A stretch of 64,000 bases of DNA from a virus. This document shows positions 1-7,500 of the stretch, piece by piece. Positions within the stretch are counted from its first letter, which is position 1. The number at the start of each line of letters is the position of its first letter. The notes under the pieces were generated by a model that made no database searches, was not told the DNA's origin, and saw nothing but the letters and a program-made list of their open reading frames with translations. Location: positions 40,536-104,535 of IMG/VR virus record IMGVR_UViG_3300020048_003650. One strand, 5' to 3'. The translations under genes and the position numbers were made by a program.

Positions 1-1
1 C

Positions 2-640
2 ATCGGTGACGCTTCAATGCATATTCACAATGCTCCTATTGAGGACCCCGACCATGCAAAAACAGCGGTGAGAGTAGGACTCCGGATGGTCGAGGCTGTA
101 CGGGAATTCAGTAAACAGTTGGAGGCTAAAGGTCGACCGGGTGTTAAGATGGGTGCTGGTATCAATACAGGACTTGGTTACATTGGCGAGATGGGCTCTA
201 CTCAACGACATAGTTATGATGTACTAGGTGATGCTGTATCTACTACTGCCCGTATTGAGAGCAAGTGTAAAGAATATGGCTGTGTGCTGTTGGTCGGAGA
301 AAACACAGTCAAACAGTGCGGAGATGATTTCTTGTTTCTCAAGATTGATGATCTGGCGGTCAAAGGCAAATCAGTTGGAGTTGGCATCTACACGGTGTTA
401 GGCGTCATTGGTGATGCCACGCTGCGACAGGTTAGAGCGCAGAGAGAACACGATGAAATGCACACGCTGTATCGTGCTCAGAAGTTTAGTGAAGCAATCG
501 AAATGTGTGAAGAACTAAAATCGGAGTTTGATGGAAAAATGACAGACTACTACGACATGTGGATAGAACGCTGTGAATTTCAAAAGACACAGCGTCTACC
601 GGCTGATTGGTCGGGCGTGTTTATTGCCCAGTCCAAGTAA
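2..640 (+). CDS. Class III adenylate/guanylate cyclase, C-terminal part (5' truncated by window edge)
   Basis: Frame opens with IGDA (metal-binding Asp), then GAGINTG..IGEMGS, YDVLGDAV..ARIES and VKGKS motifs; C-terminal tail ending LPADWSGVF. Confidence 0.9.
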   Translation: MGDASMHIHNAPIEDPDHAKTAVRVGLRMVEAVREFSKQLEAKGRPGVKMGAGINTGLGYIGEMGSTQRHSYDVLGDAVSTTARIESKCKEYGCVLLVGENTVKQCGDDFLFLKIDDLAVKGKSVGVGIYTVLGVIGDATLRQVRAQREHDEMHTLYRAQKFSEAIEMCEELKSEFDGKMTDYYDMWIERCEFQKTQRLPADWSGVFIAQSK

Positions 641-1384
641 CTACGCTGAGTTTGATTTCTTCTTTCTGTGATCGCTTCTCTTAGTATTTCCCTCTTGGGA
701 CTTTCCTATATTATTACGATGTTCATCTGTAAACTTTAGTCGTCCTCTACTCCAAGTGTCATCTGGTGGATTGAACGCCATACAACTCTTAATGCCATTA
801 TTCCACCAAGTTTTACCACGAACATTCGTATTTCCTCGTTGAGCATCTGCTGATCGTCTAACCGCATCTTCTGATTTTTTCTTGCCTTGTCTTGCCTTGA
901 CACTATTAGCGACTGCTTCTGCTGATGGAGCACGCCCGCTATTAGATTTACCAATTCTTTTTTTCTTTTCTTCTGAACAAGGTCTTTGATTTAAAATAGA
1001 CATTGTTCCCGACCACAGTTCTTTTGCCAATTGATATTCTTCTGGTGACATCTCAAGTCGTTGCATATTCTCGTCATAAGCAGACGCCATCTTCCAATAA
1101 GCACAAACCATCTTGTGATAATTTGAACCCGAGGTCATCTCAATAAGTAGTTTGTGACAACGAAGGTGTTCAGCCGCTGTAAGTAGTATTAGATTCCACT
1201 TTTCTTTTTTGTATTGTGGAAATAATGATTTCGGTAAAGCATGATGAGTTTCATAATAGGAATAATTTGGATTATTCTTTCTTAGTTTTTTTCTTGATTG
1301 TGTTCGTGCATATTCGAGTATTGAATAGTATTCTGATGTTGCACTATTATCAGTGAACGCTTCGTCGTGTGAATAAATATTCAT
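641..1384 (-). CDS. Free-standing HNH homing endonuclease with NUMOD3-like DNA-binding repeats
   Basis: YETHHALPKS..NLILLTAAEHLRCHKLL HNH motif, SEEKKKRIGKS and TDEHRNNIGKS NUMOD3-like repeats, KTWWNNG; ATG at 1384 has AAGGAG upstream. Confidence 0.85.
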   Translation of the reverse strand: MNIYSHDEAFTDNSATSEYYSILEYARTQSRKKLRKNNPNYSYYETHHALPKSLFPQYKKEKWNLILLTAAEHLRCHKLLIEMTSGSNYHKMVCAYWKMASAYDENMQRLEMSPEEYQLAKELWSGTMSILNQRPCSEEKKKRIGKSNSGRAPSAEAVANSVKARQGKKKSEDAVRRSADAQRGNTNVRGKTWWNNGIKSCMAFNPPDDTWSRGRLKFTDEHRNNIGKSQEGNTKRSDHRKKKSNSA

Positions 1385-1388
1385 GTTG

Positions 1389-1449
1389 ATGCTCCTTACA
1401 GCATTAAAGTGAGTGGGGATTCCAGTCCCGCGACTCACAACTATTTATC
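1389..1449 (-). promoter_or_regulatory. Late-type promoter plus two hairpins, one covering the HNH ribosome-binding site
   Basis: Minus strand: GATAAATA (1449-1442), GTGAGT..GGGA-CTGGAA-TCCC..ACTCAC, then ATGCT-GTAAGG-AGCAT containing AAGGAG. Confidence 0.6.
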
Positions 1450-1734
1450 TTTATCTACATCATTGATATGTTTTTCGGATTCAACTCGTTCGTACTCTAT
1501 CGTTTTTCCTCTCAGATGCAGTACAGTATTGACTTTTTGATTTAATCGTAGTAAATCATTATCAAGACATCTTACCCTATCAATCAGTGCGATCAGTACG
1601 GTGTTTGCTTCATTGATAACCGGCTTGATTTCTTTTGTAGCCCATGTGAATACATACTTGATCATCATGCCCATGCCAACCGCCGCTACAATCGGAAATC
1701 CATACTTGTTGATTGCGTCAATAATTTCAGTCAT
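1441..1734 (-). CDS. Small membrane protein, YvrJ/holin-like
   Basis: N-terminal GFPIVAAVG hydrophobic helix followed by coiled coil; paralog of the adjacent gene. Confidence 0.6.
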   Translation of the reverse strand: MTEIIDAINKYGFPIVAAVGMGMMIKYVFTWATKEIKPVINEANTVLIALIDRVRCLDNDLLRLNQKVNTVLHLRGKTIEYERVESEKHINDVDKDK

Positions 1735-1745
1735 GTTGTTTCCTC

Positions 1746-2027
1746 TTAATCTTTTCTACAATCTGATTTGCCATCAGCACGAGCAATTCTATCAGTATCT
1801 GGTTTTAATCCTAGAGCATTACTTATTTGCATGTCTACTCGAATCACTTCATGATTCATGGTCTTAACACGATTATCAAGTGCTATGATGATTCCCATCA
1901 TTCCTTTAACCGATGATAGTACACCAGCAAGTAGTAGCTTTATCGTTAGAAACATAAAGTAACCGCCGGCAATTGCCGCAGCAATCGGGAACCCCAAATC
2001 TGAGATTAGTTTAAAAATTTCATTCAT
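1746..2027 (-). CDS. Small membrane protein, YvrJ/holin-like (tandem paralog)
   Basis: MNEIFKLISDLGFPIAAAIAGGYFMF; shares GFPI and IALxxRV with the downstream gene; GATAAATA at 2066-2059. Confidence 0.6.
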   Translation of the reverse strand: MNEIFKLISDLGFPIAAAIAGGYFMFLTIKLLLAGVLSSVKGMMGIIIALDNRVKTMNHEVIRVDMQISNALGLKPDTDRIARADGKSDCRKD

Positions 2028-2143
2028 GGTTAAACCTTTATTTTTATTATTGTAACAGTATTTATCTGAGATATCGTCCAAAATAGTTGTTTTAAATGTG
2101 TAAATATAGTAGTATAAGTAAAGTTGCAACCAGGAGAATCACA

Positions 2144-2581
2144 ATGAGTAATAAAAAAATTCCGGTAATTGATATTATGGATTTCGAGGGTGTTACTATT
2201 GATGCTGCCAAATGGAATAGCGGAGTCTATACAGTGATGTTTAACTTTTGGAAAAACATTGATTTAGAAACCGTTAAGAAATTAAAAGCAGAATCTTCAG
2301 ATGATGGTATGATATTATGTACTCATATCGAGTGTAGTACCTTACAGGAATGTTGGTCGAAAATTCATTTGGTGTTAAAAAGTCAAATTTTTGACGGCAC
2401 AAATATTTTTCTTTATGGAAATTTATGGACCGAAGACGGTGAATTATTGCACGATATTGATTGGATGGATTATTGTGATAATGAAACCGCTGATAGATTA
2501 TTATCCGAAACCGTAATGGAAGAAGAACTATTAAAATACTCACTAATCAACATTCATCCAGCATCGTCTACGGTACATTAA
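2144..2581 (+). CDS. Hypothetical protein
   Basis: ORF with AGGAG RBS before ATG 2144. Confidence 0.65.
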   Translation: MSNKKIPVIDIMDFEGVTIDAAKWNSGVYTVMFNFWKNIDLETVKKLKAESSDDGMILCTHIECSTLQECWSKIHLVLKSQIFDGTNIFLYGNLWTEDGELLHDIDWMDYCDNETADRLLSETVMEEELLKYSLINIHPASSTVH

Positions 2582-2692
2582 ATTTTACCAACAATATTTT
2601 ACTACTAAATAGTAGTCATTAGTCCAATATGATTGACTATTAATAAAATATCTGTCATAATGTACTATAGTATTTTTAAACAAGGAGAAGTA

Positions 2693-3856
2693 ATGAAACT
2701 TAATAAACTATCGGCTGCTGTACTGGCCACAATGGCTCTGGGTACTACAGCTCAAGCACAATCGTCTGTTACTCTGTATGGCATCTTAGATGGCGGATTA
2801 CGTTATCAAAGCGCCAGTGTACAGGGTCAATCAGCATCAAACTTCGGTGCTGCCTACGGTGTTCAGAGTGGCAACCGTTTTGGTCTACGTGGAGTCGAAG
2901 ACATTGGCGGCGGAAATCGTGTTACTTTCGTCTTGGAAAGCGGATTTGACTTAGGCAATGGCACAACAGGTCAGGCTAATAGACTTTTCGGTCGTCAGGC
3001 TTACTTGGGCGTTGAGAATGATTCCTGGGGTCTGGCACGTATTGGTCGTCAATACAACTTTGCCTCTGATTACTTTGGCGCTATCGACCCGTTTAGTCAG
3101 GGATTCGGTCAGGCCAACATCGGTGCAGCATTCGGCGCAGCAAACACGCTCCGTATGAGCAATGCTATCAAGTATCAGTCACCTACAATGTCTGGATTTA
3201 AAGTTGGTGCAGCCTATTCATTTGCTAACGGCATGACTAATACTGCTATCAATAATAGTACTGTGGCAGCAGGCTCGTCTGGTTACAACTTTGAAACTAA
3301 CAACAACGTTCGTCAGTTGTCATTGGGTACTAACTATTCCAATGGTCCTGTCTATGTTGCACTGTCATATGATAAAATCTACGCTCCCTCTAACTCTATC
3401 AGTGACAGTAATCCAAGTTCATGGAACCTTGGCGGAGCATACGATCTGAAAGTTGCTAAACTATCAGCAGCCTACGGTCAGACACGTGGTGGTTACATCC
3501 TGGGTCAGGGTAACGGCGCTACAGGTGCTGGTGTCAATCTTAACGGTAACCCAGCCAATGCTAACGGCGATGTAATCTTTGATCAGAACATGGGATACAA
3601 CAGTTATCTGTTGGGTGCTACTGTTCCAGTCAACACTGTAAGTCGTGTAATGTTGTCATGGACACTGTTGACTCCTAACACCAATATGAAAGACGTTTAC
3701 AATGCCCAGAATCAGTCAACATACAGTTTGGGTTATTCATATGACTTTACTCGCAGAACCAACGCGTATGCTTATGTGTCATACATGGACAACCTAGCAA
3801 CAGTCGACACTGCTAAGAGCACCGTACTTGGTGTGGGTGTCAGACACCAATTTTGA
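2693..3856 (+). CDS. Gram-negative trimeric porin (betaproteobacterial type)
   Basis: Signal peptide ending AQA, SSVTLYGILD, NRFGLRGVEDIGGG, FGRQAYLG, C-terminal GVRHQF beta-signal; promoter TTGACT-17-CATAAT at 2633-2661. Confidence 0.95.
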   Translation: MKLNKLSAAVLATMALGTTAQAQSSVTLYGILDGGLRYQSASVQGQSASNFGAAYGVQSGNRFGLRGVEDIGGGNRVTFVLESGFDLGNGTTGQANRLFGRQAYLGVENDSWGLARIGRQYNFASDYFGAIDPFSQGFGQANIGAAFGAANTLRMSNAIKYQSPTMSGFKVGAAYSFANGMTNTAINNSTVAAGSSGYNFETNNNVRQLSLGTNYSNGPVYVALSYDKIYAPSNSISDSNPSSWNLGGAYDLKVAKLSAAYGQTRGGYILGQGNGATGAGVNLNGNPANANGDVIFDQNMGYNSYLLGATVPVNTVSRVMLSWTLLTPNTNMKDVYNAQNQSTYSLGYSYDFTRRTNAYAYVSYMDNLATVDTAKSTVLGVGVRHQF

Positions 3857-3871
3857 TTGGTGAGTTCTAAT

Positions 3872-3897
3872 AATAAAGGCACCTAGGTGCCTTTATT
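3872..3897. terminator. Perfect palindromic intrinsic terminator
   Basis: AATAAAGGCACCTAGGTGCCTTTATT. Confidence 0.8.
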
Positions 3898-3944
3898 TTA
3901 TCTATTTGTGATGCTTAAGTAAATAGATTATTAAAGGAGATTTA

Positions 3945-4493
3945 ATGAAAGCATTATTAGCAGTCATGTTATCCGCTGTTACATTTCTGGCAGTTGCTCA
4001 AGGCACTCCAGGTTATGTAACAGACGGTTCTGGACAAATCGTTAAGACAGGTTCTGGACTTTGTTTACACACTGGTACTTGGACCACCGCCGATGCAGTT
4101 CGCGGTTGTGATCCTGTTCCAGAACGTGCTCCAGTATCCATCGGTGGCGATGTGTTGTTTGAGTTTGACTCAGCGGCACTGACCGTATCTGGCAGGGCAG
4201 CACTAGATCGATTAGTGCCAACCGTTGTACCAGGTAGTACAGTTACCGTAGTAGGTCATACTGACAGTATTGGCACTGCCCAGTACAATCTTAAATTGAG
4301 TCAAGAACGTGCTGGCGCTGTGGGAGATTATCTCAATGCTAAATCTGGATTTAAGTCCAAGTTTATCGTACAAGGCGTTGGAGCAACTCAGCCAACTGAA
4401 GGTACTAAGTTGTGTACTGGCATGCGTAACTTCGAACGATATAAGGCTTGTTTAGCACCCGATCGTAGGGTAGTTATTACAGTCATCAAGTAA
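3945..4493 (+). CDS. ompA: OmpA/RmpM-family peptidoglycan-binding protein
   Basis: Signal peptide, DVLFEFDSA, GHTDSIG..YNLKLSQERA, CLAPDRRV. Confidence 0.9.
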   Translation: MKALLAVMLSAVTFLAVAQGTPGYVTDGSGQIVKTGSGLCLHTGTWTTADAVRGCDPVPERAPVSIGGDVLFEFDSAALTVSGRAALDRLVPTVVPGSTVTVVGHTDSIGTAQYNLKLSQERAGAVGDYLNAKSGFKSKFIVQGVGATQPTEGTKLCTGMRNFERYKACLAPDRRVVITVIK

Positions 4494-4523
4494 TAAAAAT
4501 GCCTCTTCGGAGGCATTTTTATT
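4492..4523. terminator. Bidirectional intrinsic terminator
   Basis: AATAAAAATGCCTC-TTCG-GAGGCATTTTTATT between convergent genes. Confidence 0.9.
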
Positions 4524-4533
4524 GTCCGTCTAC

Positions 4534-7500
4534 TTATCCCTTGATAATCAATTTAGTTGCCGCAACTGCTGTACCGGCAAATACTGATGGAGTTCCTGGA
4601 GTCAGATTCAGAGTTCCGTCAGTCTGTACATAGTAGGACTGACCTGGTGCGAGTCCGCTCTGAGCATCGTTCACCGAGCTCACAATCTGTACGTTAGCAG
4701 TATCACCGTTGCTGTAGTCTCCGACGTTGATGCCAATGTAGTTTTCTGCGGTTAGGTTTGTCCATGCCAGTCTTAGAACATAAGCCCTGCCCACGGTGTC
4801 TGAAGATGCCAGTACTACGTTGCGTAGAGGACCATCATCAGTGTAGGTTGCTGCTGTGTAGGTTGAAGAATTACTATTGTACACCACTGGTGTGTTAAAC
4901 AAAATTGAGGTGCCGGAAATCTGTCCAGCCACATAGGTTCCTCGATTTGAATTACCAACATTTGAATAAGCAATTACTACTCGATCCGCGGCAATATTAT
5001 AGGTGGCCGATGTGTACCGTACCCATGCACTTTGAAATACCGCCGCTGTTCCAAAAGAGATTGTAAGATCAGATACTGTGGCCACGATAGCGGTTCCAAA
5101 ATTACTAGACCCTTGATTACTGTATGCGAATACAACTTTGAAAGAATTTGAATCATAACAAGAAGAAACATTATCACAGAAGCTGGTGGTGTATTGCACT
5201 GGGGTTCCAAGAGTCACTGAACCGGTTGAGCCTGATCCTGTTAATCTTCCCACTATAGCCCAGTTACGATTGCTGGCTGGAGTGCCGGCGACTCGCAAAA
5301 ATCCAATCACAAGTCTATCCTGTTGTGTGTGATAACAGGCTGTTAAGGCATTAGTGTCACCAAAGTCTGCGTTTTCAAATACCACTGATGTACCAAATAC
5401 AAATTGAGTATCAACAATTTGAGCTGTGCGTACACGTCCAATGACCGAAGCGCCTCGGTTACGCCAGACAATTGCAACAGTGTCGGCATCACCGGTTGTT
5501 TTTGCTACAACACTAATATTATCGGATCCTGCGACAGTGTCAGAAGTATCAAAGAACTCACTATCATTCTGAGTTATCGAGTTGTCAGATACTGTAAACA
5601 AATTTACAGTTCCGCGGCCACCGCTCAGTCCGTCGCTGCGATAGGCAACTACAATTTTTTGTGGACCAGGAACATAAGTTATCGATATGTAGGATGCGCC
5701 GAAGTCGGCAAATACCAACGGTGTTCCAAAAGTAATTGTTGGTGGTAATACGGGGCCGCCCGAAGAAATAGTACCCACTATTATAGTTCCTCTATTCGAG
5801 TTGCCGACATCTCTATATGCAATCACCACTCGATTATTCACTGGGTCATAGGTCGCGGCCGAATAACTGGTTTCTGAACCGTCATATGTAACAGCAGAAC
5901 CAATGGCCGTGATGGCGGATCCACTCACTACGCTGACCGTGCCATCTGCGTTTACAATCACCTTGTCACCGTTTTCCATTAAACCGTAGGCAATATCAAA
6001 GGTATTCAGAGTATTGGCTACGGCCTGCAGTGTGCCGCCACCGCCGCCAGTTGCCGGAGTTGTAAAACTCAGAGTTCCTGAACCGTTTGTAGTTAGTACT
6101 TGACCTGTAATTCCACCTGTTATCTTGACGTTACCAATCGGACCCAATGATACGTTAGAACTGCCAATAAAGTCGATGACGCCATTCGCTGTTAAGTTAC
6201 CGGTAGTCACGTTGGTGAGTGCAGCGTTTCCGGCGCTGAATCCACCTGTACTGTTGCGTTGAACTAGTGTATTAGCTGTGTTTGCTGTATCAGGTGCAAA
6301 TCCTTGTACTGTATTGGCATTAAGATTGGCCACCAAAGTGGTTGATGAAATCTTCAGTGGTGCAGTACCGGTGGCTACTGGTATGTCTAGCTGACCCAGT
6401 GTGTTAAAAGTTACACGGGTGTAGGCAGATGTGTTAGATACGTTGCTGATGTTGCCACTGGTAAATTGTAAATTACCGCCGGTATTGGTGAAATTATCAG
6501 GACTTTCAAATATTTGCCAGAGATTTCCACCGAGCCAACCTATACCTTCACTCGAACCAGGATCTGCTATAGTTATATGGTTGACATTGGCAATGCTACG
6601 GCCGCCCATGTTAAGAGAACCACCTGAGATGGTCATACCGTTAGTAGCTGTAACAAGAGCAGTAGAGATATTACCACTTGTAGTGTTACCAGTTACTGCC
6701 AATGAACTAAGAGTGCCAACTGATGTAATGTTAGATTGTGCTGCTGTTGTAACTGTGCCTGCCGTAGTGGCAGCGGCAACAGTACCTGTAACATTTGCAC
6801 CTGTTAGTGATGTCAGTGCTGCCCCATTACCTGTTACCGTAGTAAATGCACCAGTCGAGCCACTTACATTACCAGATGTGATGTTGCCAGTTACCGCTAA
6901 TGATGTTAAGATGCCAACAGAAGTGATGTTAGGTTGTGTTACGGTTGTTAGTGTTCCACCTAGTCTAGTAGCGTTTACGTTAGCTACGTTTATATTTCCA
7001 GTAACATTTAATGCAGCCAGTGTGCCTACGGATGTGATGTTAGGTTGTGCCGCGGTTGTAACAGTACCAGCGGTAGTGGCTGAGGCAACAGTACCAGTAA
7101 CATTAGCGCCTGTTAGTGATGTCAGTGCTGCGCCATTACCTGTTACAGTAGTAAATGCACCGGTCGCGCCGCTTACATTACCTGTTGCTATTACTTGACC
7201 ATTTGCTGTGATGTTGCCAATGGCATTTATTGCTCCGGATTCAATGTTACCACCAGTGGTGATATCGGTGCCAACTGAGAGGTAGCCATTAGTTTGTAAA
7301 AAGTTAGTGGCTACCACAGCGGTTGTAATAATATTACCGGCACTGAATCCACCTGTACTGCTGCGCTGAACTAGAGTATTGGCTGTGTTTGCTGTAGCAG
7401 GTGCAAATCCTTGTACTGTGTTGGCATTGAGATTGGCAACCAAGGTGTTACTGGCTACCAAGAACGGTGCAATACCAGTCACTGGAACAGATATTTGTCC

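Noticed and set aside
641-1440. HNH gene as part of a group I intron
   Set aside because: Flanking genes are complete, no interrupted exon is evident, and there is no room for an intron core
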